Below are positions 40,408 to 51,700 of a stretch of DNA of 64,000 nucleotides, one piece after another (position 1 is the stretch's first letter; each line of letters starts with the position of its first letter). Source of the DNA: Yuukianura sp. NJ FZ-2021 (Eukaryota); contig CM102285.1 of NCBI GenBank assembly GCA_046563655.1, positions 1,798,001 through 1,862,000 of the forward strand, given 5' to 3'. The notes under the pieces were generated by a model. It saw only the letters and a program-made list of their open reading frames with translations, did not search any database and was not told where the DNA came from. The position numbers and the translations under genes were made by a program.

Positions 40408-40562
40408 CTTGAAAGTAATTGCTAAGCTTGTGACAAACTAATTAATGGAATGACATTACACTCCAAACACACTTGTAATATTCACCGTTAGATTAGGCAA
40501 TCTTAAGTTAGGTTGCCTAACTAAAGCTAATTTGAGAGAAGAATGTGAATTGTTCTGCTTAC

Positions 40563-40664
40563 CTGGTGCCAGTAGTCTTCTGGAGATGCTTGAGACAGGA
40601 GGTATCCAGTATCATGAATGGCTTGAAGCTCATACAAAATCCCAACACTTGGAAGGATATCCAT
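40563..40664 (-). CDS. luna: Krueppel-like factor 6/7 (luna-like), coding exon 1
   Basis: Hand translation from ATG 40664 gives MDILPSVGILYELQAIHDTGYLLSQASPEDYWHQ, matching the KLF6/7 N-terminal motif (MDVLP..IFQELQIVH.TGYFS..PSLEEYWQQ). It is 102 nt and ends at a CAG|GTAAG donor in phase 0. Too short for the ORF track. Confidence 0.92.
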
Positions 40665-43302
40665 TTTGCTCACTCTAAAAATCGATTAATTGACACTTCC
40701 GATTGATGAAGTAACTTCAAAGAGGATGAGTTAATTTCAGGGAACGACACCTTTATCCTGTTTTCTGAAAAGCGTTGTTCTGACTTTTGTCCTGATAAAC
40801 AGTATCGTCGAAATGGCAGTGAAATTGGAATCACAATAAACAGGGGAACGTTGATGATACTTTAGATTCTGAAAACTGATGATGACACTGGCAGAGGCAC
40901 TGATGACACTGAAACACAAAAATGAAGTGACAGTGTTCAGTTGCTTTAGTGGAGTTTTGGGCACTTGACCTTGTAGAGGTCACTTAACTTCTCGTGTGTG
41001 TGGTAATAACAGTTCTTCCTCCATCAACAGTTGCCAAACCCTGATTAATTACTGGTCAGACTCAGCAATACGTGATGGTGCACATGACTTCAATTTGACA
41101 GTTGAGTTCAATTGTTGTTGAGGGAGTCCTTGTTTCCTTATTGGTGTCAATAGCACAATAGGGTCCTTCTACTCTCCATTGAACAAATAGAGAGTCATTC
41201 CTGGGATGCTGATGAGTCAATAATTGAGGTACTTTCCTTTTAAGAAACAAATCTCAACAGGGTCTTACATGTACGTGAACTCTGACTCTTGTGGTGACTG
41301 TCACTTGAGAGCAACAAGTCAACAAGACTTATTGAGGAAGCGTGATGATGATAATTAGGATGAGATCATGCCTTCTACAAATGCTGGTATCTTGGGGGTT
41401 TAAAGACGATGACATCAGAGTCTTCTTATTGTTCCTTGAGATGTGGAGTAGTCAAGGGTGACAGGAGAGACAACGTCAACTTGGTGACTACTGACATAGC
41501 GGAGTCCTGGAGTCGTCTCGAAGTGGCAGTAGTGCGCTGTGATAATAAATCCAGAGGTCAACTTGTTAGAATCTTTAGGGCAGTAGAAGAAGCGTAGCTT
41601 GTTTTGTTGGTTTAAGTTATTGGACTGATAAATTGGAAAAGAACTTACTACTGCACAGGACAGCGTACCAAACCCGACTGGCTCTTGGTTTCCGTATTAT
41701 GTCAAAAGGCTCTCACGCTTGGAGTAGTGTAGTGTGTAGAGAATCCTGTCGATGAACAATGGAATGATGTGGATCTCAGCGTCTGAGGCTCAATTCGAAC
41801 TGAAGGGAGGATGCTATAGTCACTTTTACTTTCGTTGGGATCGGAGCCGAGTGGATATAAAGTCCTGGCACGTTCATATCCTGTAGCAGTTCGAACCGAA
41901 ATTCATGGCAAGCATGGGTTTAGGAAGGAACCTTAGGTCTTGTTGGAGCAGCGCAGGAACGCTAGTAGAATATACGAAAGTTCGGAGACCGTGGAGCGGG
42001 AGTCAACGCTAACGTAGAGCTTTGCTACTTCTTCGTTCAAGTTTGACACTAAAACATTTCCCTGGAGAATCGTATCCAACGAGCCCAGCACTAATAGCAG
42101 CAGCAGCAGCGGCGCTTTCCTCCCACTTCGATTCCAATAGCTCGAGACCCCCCTTCTTCTGACTCTGCCAAAACCAGCAAAATAACTTTAGCTCACAGAA
42201 GAGTCCATGCATTGGATGACAGAACTTCGTAATACTTACGATACGATAGCCCAGTGCTAAGAAAGTTGTAGCAATAGTGCTACAATGGCAGGCAGGGGTC
42301 TTGAAGTAATTCAGTGAGCACAACAAGAACTCCATAGAACAAAGTTGGATTGTTAACGCCATAACACGCAGACGATGATTCAATCGTTGTTTCCTGGCCC
42401 TGTTGTTATCAAAAGTACCCAGTCCCTGGAAAAGTTCCTAAATGAAACAAAATAGTCATAGTAATCAACAAAATACACACGCAGAAAGTTACACCATGAC
42501 TAATCTAACACAAACATAGGAAATCATGATTCATGAATACGCAGGATGCAAATGTAAAGGTCAACCTCAAAGGTCAAATATGTCAAACCGAATCGAACAA
42601 CACTTTCCAGTTCCCATAATCATATCCAGTTCTTCTTGTTGATTGTTGTAAGGTTCCTCACCTCCACACGTCGACGACAGTATTCGTGGTTGGTTGGTGT
42701 CCAGCCCAATGTCCAGAGACCATTGTCCAGTAGTCCACTTCTCGTCAGATAACAATTAAAACGGAGATTATCAAGAGACAGGAAAGATGGATGGATGGGA
42801 ATGAATAGGAATAGGACAAAGACTAAAGTCCGGGGCGTCAAAATTAAAATTGCGCTGAAAAATATTTGTTGACTTTTGTACCTTGTGCTAGTAGTGTGTA
42901 GATGGCGCTTATATGAATGAATTTATAAACATAATAAATATCCTTTTTGAAATGACATGCAAAATGCTGGTACTTTCATTACTAAACGTTTTCAAAACGT
43001 AGTGATAAATTATAATTTGTAAGTTATAATTCATTTATTCATCTTTTTGATTTATGATTTTTAAATTTCTCGTTACAATGCTAACTACGGGTACAATTGT
43101 GACATGCGTCTTACGTCAACCGAAAGCGGGAACTAGATATTTTTGAAAACATGTGACTGAGGTGAATTAAATAAACACATGGGTGAAGAATTTACACACA
43201 CACAGACACAGGGAGAGAAGTTTGGAAGCTTTTTACTGATTTTTAATTCAAATTTAATTGAATTGTGATTAACAAGGTTTAATTTACTAATTCGTGGAAG
43301 CG

Positions 43303-44655
43303 ATGGCATCGGACGTAGAAGATTGGCTTCTACAACAAGCAAAGGCAGAAGATGTGGATGAGGACTCAAGCAAGTTCCTTGGAACGGAAGATGACATTTT
43401 CAAAATGGACAAAATATTTGAAACGATTAACTGCCAGGCAAAGAGCATTGGGGAACTTGTGCTGGACTTAACAGCCAAAATTCAGGCAGCGGATATCCAA
43501 GAAGTAAGTGGTTAAACTTACCGATGATGATTAAGTAAATGTTTAAACTTTTTCTGTGGATTAACTTGTTAACGGTATATTTTTCACTTTTAGGAAGGAC
43601 TTAGTTTCTTAACCATGAAGAATCATCTGCTAATTGACTATCTCATGAATCTACTAAATGTGATACGTAGCAAATGTTTAGGAGAAAGTATCGCCGACAG
43701 TGCAGCTGTCCGTAAGTATTCCATTTTACACTAAATGAAGACGAATTGAATTACTGTCTTAGTTTATAATCGAATCCTTTCTGTTGTTCCGTAGATAAAC
43801 TAGTTGAGATTCGTACTGTATTGGAAAAACTTCGACCAATTGACCAAAAAATGAAATACCAAATTGAGAAACTAACAAGAGCTGCTGTCGAAGGAAAGTC
43901 TGATTCGGATCCTTTACAATTCAAAGCAAATCCTGATGATTTGGTTAGTTTACCTAGACGCACCGAATTGAATACGAACTAACATTCTTTCATGCAATAT
44001 AAGACAGTGAATTAATTTGTAGGATCGTAGTGGCTCTGATTCTGAGGACAGTGAAGAAGATGACACAACTGCGACGAAGGCAAAATCTGAAGTATATCGG
44101 CCTCCGAAAGTTGTTCCTCAACATTTCGGTAACTCTTAAAGGCTCATAAATTCTTAATTTATCAAACTACTTTCAATTACTTTGGTCATTTCGGTAATTA
44201 ACAGACGACGACGAGGAAGATGAAGCTAAGGTCGTCGAGAAAGTCAAGCGGAAGATCATCAATCGAACTCTAATTCGTGAACTTCAAGAAGAATTTTTGG
44301 ATACTCCTGTGGAAGTACACAATATGGGAGATGCTTACGACAAACAATTATCCCACGAAGTTCGAGACAGACAACGGTAAATTAAAATAACATTATCTTC
44401 AAGTATCTCAAAGGATATCAGGTAAATAGTTCGATATTTTCATTCTCTTTGTGGATCTTTAGGTATGAGGAAACTTACATGACTCGGTTACCAGTCACTA
44501 AACAAGAGAAACACAAGCAAAATCAACAGTCGACACTTGGAACTTTGGGTCAAGAGCTCACTGACTTCTCTCGAAAGCGATCCGCTCCTGCTGGAAAGAA
44601 ACGCAAGAGCAAAGGGAAGGCTGGAAAAGGCGGGAAAAAGAAATTCAGAAAATAA
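43303..44655 (+). CDS. NGDN: Neuroguidin (Sas10/Utp3/Lcp5 family, SSU processome component), 6 exons, ~312 aa
   Basis: Exons 43303-43503, 43594-43711, 43795-43943, 44023-44128, 44205-44376 and 44463-44655, all GT-AG, total 939 nt in frame. Motifs GLSFLTMKNHLLIDYLMNL, LVEIRTVLEKLRPIDQKMKYQIEKL, VYRPPK, YEETYMTRLPVTK and a Lys-rich tail. Confidence 0.93.
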
Positions 44656-44946
44656 TTTTTTTTTTTTAAACTTTTTAACACTTTCACACCTTTGCAGAAA
44701 CGACGTTGAATAAAAACTATCGCTGCCCGTCCCCGAGACGAACAATTTCATCCAATTTTTTTTGAAAAACGAGTGTTTTGTTCAACTTGCGATGAACAGA
44801 TTCGGTTACATTCATTTTCCATAATTATTAACTAGCGAGAGCTACTTTACTTATACACGTCATGTGTCGGTCTGATCGGCAGTACTCCCGGTTCTCCTTA
44901 TTATCTTTTTATTATTATTTTTTTATTATTATTAATGTTTATTCAT

Positions 44947-47900
44947 TTATTTCTCTCGCAGAGTGACAATAGTCTCGTAAGCCTCAGGAGACAAAGTCAT
45001 TCCCATATGCGGTTCTAAATTTGGTTTGAATCCAGGCGGGAGGGAGAATTTGAATTTTTGAATCAAAGTTGTAATAAAAACGAACAGACCATCCCGACCC
45101 AAAACTTCACCAAAACATATTCGTTTTCCTGAAAAACAAAATTCAAAATTTGAAATGTTTACTCAAAAATTTAAATTGCTACACTCACCTATTCCAAAAG
45201 CAAGAGAAACTACTTCTTGTTTCTTGGGGTCAATGTTTCCTTGGAGGTCAAGGAACCTCTCAGGTCGAAATACATGTGGGTCACCCCATGTTGCTTCATC
45301 GAACATAATACTCTGTGTGTTGTACATCAGAATTGTTCCCTAAAGTCAAATTCAAAATTTGCACATTACGGCATTCACATTGTGTGTTTTGCTGATCCAT
45401 GTAAAATTTAACAATTTTGATTTTACGGTATCCCATCAGCAAAAGCAGAAGAAAAGGTGCGCAACGGGGGGGGGGGGGGATACTGTAACTTTCCAACTGT
45501 AGTATTAGTCCAATATTCATTTCAAAGTGTTTGTCTTAGTACTTTTTTAAATAGAAAGTTCTTATACGCAAAATCCGCAGTTGCTTTTCTAGGAACTCCT
45601 AAAACGGCAACCCGAGCCCAACGAAGGCCTTCCAAAAGTACTGCTTGGGTATACGGCATTCTAAAAAGAAACGTTTTTTTTTAGAACCGAGAAGTAACTG
45701 CGTAGTGTATGGTTTTCCCCGGCAATTTAATGCTCTTTCCAGGGGATTGTAATATAATATCCGACCTGAATTTGTCTTCAATTGACGGAAATCGATAACT
45801 CCCTATAACCGATGAAATTTCTTCAAAAAGTTTCTCTTGAACTCTTTCATTGGCAACGAGTAGTAGCAAGGTGAAATTTACCGCCAGACTCGTTGTATCA
45901 GCTCCAGCATTTATAAAGTCAGAGCACACAACTGCAAATTGTTGTTCTACAAGAAAAAAATTCCTTTTTAATTCAGATACTATGGCGCTTTACCATCGAC
46001 TCTGTTTAAAATATTTTTATTTTTAAAAACTTCGTACATTACGAGGTCGAAAACTTCCAACCTCACAAATTACGAAGTTGTTTTCCAACCTTGTAAATTA
46101 CCGAGTTGGGGAAATTTCAACCTTGTAATTTTCATTCTTGATGATAAAGCCCCATAGATATGTTCATTTCTTCAATAATTCATATCAATAATGTTCATTA
46201 ATTCAATAGGTTTGAATATAAAAATAAATAATACCTGTGAAGAATGGATTTGGGTTTTGAGCGTCTTCGTCCATTCTTTGTATAAAATTGTCCGTAAAAC
46301 ACGATTGCTTGTGAGTATTCGTAATCTCCTTCTTTCTTTCTCTCAATAGCCGCTAAAACATAAAATCAAGTAAAAAAAAATTTTTTTAAAGAATTTTTGG
46401 CGCAATTTTTTTTTGAATGTTCTTACTATAGAGGCATCTCGGAGTCCACGCACTCCTCTCATCTGCATATCGTACCCCAACGCCTTTGGAAAAATAAATC
46501 GAAGAAATGGATATGCCAACATAAGTCCAGCTCCCAGGGCTCCGTTTTTAATAAAATCATCTGCAAAGTTGATGAGATTTTGAAATTCGCGGTCGTCATA
46601 GTTGAATCTTTTCCCCATCACCACACCAATGTTGCCACAATGTTTAGAAAAGGACGATTGAAAAAACCAGAAGGACAGTGAATTTTGTGTTCTGGATTTG
46701 ATTTTGCTTCCGTTTCCATCACTTTTATGAATTCTGTGATTTCATCTACCGAGTGGAAAATAAGTCCTGTCCAAGCCATGTATAAGAATGCGACGGAGTT
46801 GGGCGGAGTTTGGATGGCGGGAACCGAAAATTTGAACGGTTGACTTTCCTCTGAGGTGACAAAAGTGTTCACATCTGGTCTTGTTTATTCTCATCCTTTC
46901 ACTCATTCTTTTACTTGACTCTAGTTAATTGTTTTAACAATTAACGTCATTAATGAATCCTTTAAACCCTACTAGAGTGAGCTTTAGTGTGCAGCAGCGA
47001 GCCTTTATAGTCTAAACTTACCTCACACACACACACAGATTGTAATTTTTAATCTTTAATCTATTAGGAGTACCGCACAACTAATTAATTGGCTTCATCA
47101 GTCCACACAATCCTGTGAGACAAAGACAAAGACCCCTAAGGCTCACTGCTGTACACTAAAGCTCGTTCATTGCTAAAACAATTAACTAAAGTCAAATAAA
47201 AGAATGAGTGAAAGGATGAGAATAAACAAGACCAGATGTGAACACTTTTGCCACCTCAGCGGAAAGTCAACCGTTCAAATTTTCGGTTCCCGCCATCCAA
47301 ACTCCGCTAAACTCCGTCGCGTTCTTATACATGGCTTGGACAGGACTTATTTTCCACTCGGTAGAAGCATGTTGCGCATGACTTCTCGATTTCCGTATCC
47401 GTAGATTTTGAGTGTTTCTCTGCAATAGCGCCTTATTTTCTCATTTGCAGGTCCTTCGGAAAATGCGATCCCTTAAACACCCTATTCAATTAGACTACTT
47501 TGGCTTCTATATTGTGACTTGCTAGGCTAAAGTGGATTACCGTATTTTCTCGTAACTAATACGCGCATCGTCCGCGAATTTTCTGAATATTTGGATTAGT
47601 ACATAAAACGCTACGCTAAAAACAAACTTAAACTCTGCGCCGCAACATAATTTTCACGACTGATTTACTTGTACTATACTATGTATGACGAGAATATAAA
47701 AACTGTGGATTATACACGAGAAAATACGGTAAATTACGGTACGCTAGAAAAGGCTATGCCGAAAGCTACGATTGGGCTTACCAATATCGTGTCGTCTAAA
47801 GTTTCGGTCAAATAAAAGACCACTGCTGTGTCGTCCAACACATTCATCTCGTGTGAAAATTTGTTTTGTCGCCTCAAACGACGAGACGACAACTGCAGTA

Positions 47901-48295
47901 TGAACAAAAAAAAAAAGATACAAAGCAGTTTAAATTTAAACTTGCTGCTAAATTTTGTTTAAGCATGTGTTGATACCTGTCTCAAGTAGCCCCAGCTTTA
48001 TACTCATCACATCTCCATACTTTTTTGCCAACTTGTGCAAAGCAACATGAGCATCTTTGTGCTGCAGTCCGATTTGGATTAAACTTCCAAATGGCGGAAT
48101 TCGAAGTGGCCCTCCCTTTATAACAAAAAAAAAAAAACATTGCTTATTTTTAGTGTTTTTTAAAACTGTTCCAGTTTGAATTGAAGATTCAAAAAATTTA
48201 CCTGGAGGTCGTCCTTTAGTTCTTGTAAAATTTTCAAAACAGAACCACAAAATGTAAAGTAAACCAAGGGAAATGGCGAACATTTGTACAAACAT
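44947..48295 (-). pseudogene. Cytochrome P450 (CYP2-clan-like) disrupted by an exonic MITE and a frameshift
   Basis: Exons 48202-48295, 47977-48111, 47782-47892, 46427-47471 (interrupted), 46235-46352, 45766-45946, 45543-45660, 45189-45339 and 44947-45128. Motifs: TM anchor plus PPGP, I-helix AGADTT, EGLR, FRPERF and heme motif FGIGKRICFG. Removing the MITE plus one TA and a 5-bp duplication restores a 1515-nt (504-aa) ORF. Confidence 0.88.
46749..47361. mobile_element. MITE (613 bp) with long imperfect TIRs and TA TSD, Tc1/mariner-type, inside CYP exon 4
   Basis: Starts CCGAGTGGAAAATAAGTCCTGTCCAAGCCATGTATAAGAA and ends with its reverse complement. Arms are ~190 bp with further inner similarity. 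TA flanks both sides (46747-48 and 47362-63). Confidence 0.92.
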
Positions 48296-48784
48296 TGTCG
48301 TTCGTAAGAAATGTACGACAGAACAAGGCACAAAAAGTCGAGTGGTATACTTTTAGATTGTCTGCTAAAACTGCATTTGCGTGGTCATTTCACGGGCAAA
48401 CGTTAAATGACAACAACTGCTGCAGGCAAAAGAAGGTAAGTTGTTAGCCTTGTGGTTGGTAAAAACCGGTTACAACAAATTTCTCAAGAATTTTTCCGGA
48501 ATTTTCCTGTCATCAATGGAAAACAAATTTGCACACTACAAAATGTAAAAACGCTGCAGAAAATACGTACGCAAGCGCGTTTCGCAGAAGCTTTGAAACT
48601 CTAAAGAGGTCAAAAACATTGAACAAGTCGCATAACGTAAAAACTAACGTTAAACTTTTCACGTATACCATAATCTGCTCTCAAATTTAATTAACATCTG
48701 AAATAGTAAATCTTAAATGCTCAAATCATTAAAAGTGTTTAGTTAATCACTGATTAACACCTTAGTTAGTAATCAACTGCCTTC

Positions 48785-51700
48785 TCATACTCCCAAGTAA
48801 GAGTTCCGAATGATTGTGGATGTTGGTGGTGGTGGTGCTGGTTTTCTGAAAATTGGAGGAGTAGAAGGTGCTCTAGGACCCACTGCAGTAGAAGTGGCTG
48901 GTGGGGCAGGCGGAGGTGGTGGGATGAAAGATCTTATGAACGTTGTAGTAGTGCTTGAAGTGGCTGAATATTTGGGTGGTTGTGGTGGACGGGTCAAACT
49001 GCCAGTGAAACGAGGAGTTACGGCCGTCGTCAACGACGACGATGCGGATGATGTACCAGCTGATGTGGATCCGGTATTGGTAGCAACACTATCAATAGTT
49101 GCAGAAGCATTGCTGGAAAACAGTGGATCCAAATTCGGTTTCACATCGCTTCCGGTGCTACATCCAACTGAATTGAGTGGATGTGAAGGATGAACTATTG
49201 GATAAGCTGGATGTGCTTTGATAAAGCGTGCGATTTTGGCCAGCCTCATCATCTCCTTCTTCACTTCAATTTTTATCCATTTCTTCCTCTGCTCGGCCAC
49301 CAGTTTGTGGTTTATCAAAAAAACGAACCGGAGCTGTGAGATCTGAAAAATCAAAAAATAAATCCAATCATTACGGAGTTTGCGGTGTAAATAAATTATA
49401 CAAATCATAGAATTTAAGAAGTCTTTTTAGTACTAAAACTTTTAAAACAAAAGTAAGAAAAATGAAAATAAAACTATCTTTAAGTTAGTAGATTCGCAAA
49501 ATCGATAAGCTTACTTCGATAACTGACTGGTCTTCGACTGGTCCAGCCTTTCTAGGCATAATAGCGTTTCCGTCAACATAAATCGCGTGCTTTCCTTGAT
49601 TCAGAATGACAAAATCTCCCAATGTCCGAAGCTGAATCGTCGCTTGCCTCCGAGACACTTTGTACGCAGATCCTTCCATGCTTAAATCCGCGTCTACATT
49701 CAAACTTGTTGGGGTTCTTCGGCCCAATGTAATCTGTATTGCACATATACCAAAAAAACTGTTATTACACATAAGGTTGATTAGCATTGAGTAATTAGTT
49801 AAACGTTTCGATCACCTCTCTGGATCGCATCAAGTATCGGACTTGCTTCCCTCGCAACATTGCAAAAGATCCTTCTTCAAATGGAGCTTGCTCGAGTTCT
49901 GTGACCATGTCAGCCAGCACTTGCCATCTCGACACCTCTTCTTCCAAAGTTCGGATCATTTTCTTCGCATGACTGAAAATCAATTATCCAATTATCAATT
50001 GTATGTTGTAAAAACAGTGTTGTATATATTTAAGGGTCAGGTGTTTTTTTTCGTTTCAGTGAAAGAAACTGAAATAAACTGAAAATTGAAAGAAACTGAA
50101 AGAAACTACAGCTGTTTTCTTTCAGTCCATAAATTTAGGTTGGGAAAGCAAAATTTCGTTTCACCTTAAAGAAATGAAAAAAATTGAAATTAACTGAAAC
50201 TGAAATACCCACAACATACCCACAACATACCAACAACATACCCACAACATACCAACAACATACCCACAACATACCAACAACATACCTACAACATACCCAC
50301 AACATACCAACAATATATCAACAACATACCAACAACATACCCACAACATATCCACAACATACCAACAACATATCCACAACATACCGACAACACCAACAAT
50401 ATATCAACAACATACCCACAACATACCCGCAACATACCAACAACATACCCACAACATACCAACAATATATCCACAACATACCGACAACATACCAACAACA
50501 TACCCACAACATACCCACAACATATCCACAACATACCAACAACATACCAACAACATACCCACAACATACCAACAACATACCTACAACATATCCACAACAT
50601 ACCAACAACATACCAACAATATATCAACAACATACCAACAACATACCCACAACATACCCACAACATACCAACAACATACCAACAACATATCCACAACATA
50701 CCGACAACATACCAACAATATATCCACAACATACCAACAATATATCCACAACATACCGACAACATACCAACAACATACCCACAACATATCCACAATATAC
50801 CAACAATATATCCACAACATACTAACAACATACCAACAACATACCCACAACATACCGACAACATACCAACAACATACCCACAACATACCCACAACATATC
50901 CACAACATACCAACAACATACCAACAACATACCCACAACATACCAACAACATACCTACAACATATCCACAACATACCAACAACATACCTACAACATATCC
51001 ACAACATACCAACAATATATCAACAACATACCAACAACATACCCACAACATACCCACAACATACCAACAACATATCCACAACATACCGACAACATACCAA
51101 CAATATATCCACAACATACCAACAATATATCCACAACATACCGACAACATACCGACAACATACCAACAACATATCCACAACATACCAACAATATATCCAC
51201 AACATACCGACAACATACCAACAACATATCCACAACATCCCGACAACATACCCGCAACATACCCACAACATACCAACAACATACCCACAACATACCATCA
51301 ACATACCGACAACATACCAACAACATACCAACAACACACCAACAACATACCAACAACATACTAACAACATACCCACAACATACCCACAACATACCAACAA
51401 CATACCCACAACATAATGACAACATACCCACGTATGGTTTTGGGGTGAAATAATTGACTCGAGACGAGAGTCAATTATTTTTAATTATAATTGAAAATTT
51501 AATTTTGGAGGGTGTTCAAAAAATAATTTTGACCAAAATAATTGTAAATAATTGAGCATTGAATACCCCCTATTTTTAAGGCAATCTTTCACTCAAAGCA
51601 AAAGTTCGTTTCAGTGAAAGAAACTGAAATAAATGAAACAAACTGAAAAATTGAAAAAAAAACATAAATAAACTACAGCTGTTTTCTTTAGTTTAGTTTC

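Noticed and set aside
42009-42383. 124-aa minus-strand ORF upstream of KLF
   Set aside because: Non-ATG first codon and no recognisable domain. It is at most a leader uORF, so it was not called as a gene.
47520-47615. Possible extra P450 exon (RSVLCTNPKYSENSR...)
   Set aside because: It has no P450 similarity and the wrong entry phase. The flanking exons already join in frame to give a normal 504-aa length.
50161-51431. Multiple long ORFs (TTYPQHTNNIP / VVGMLLVCCGY)
   Set aside because: Artefacts of the stop-poor 11-bp minisatellite inside an MCRS1 intron.
51448-51480. Perfect hairpin followed by a T-run, resembling an intrinsic terminator
   Set aside because: Eukaryotic intron context inside a transposon-like element. 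It is more likely a TE-internal palindrome.
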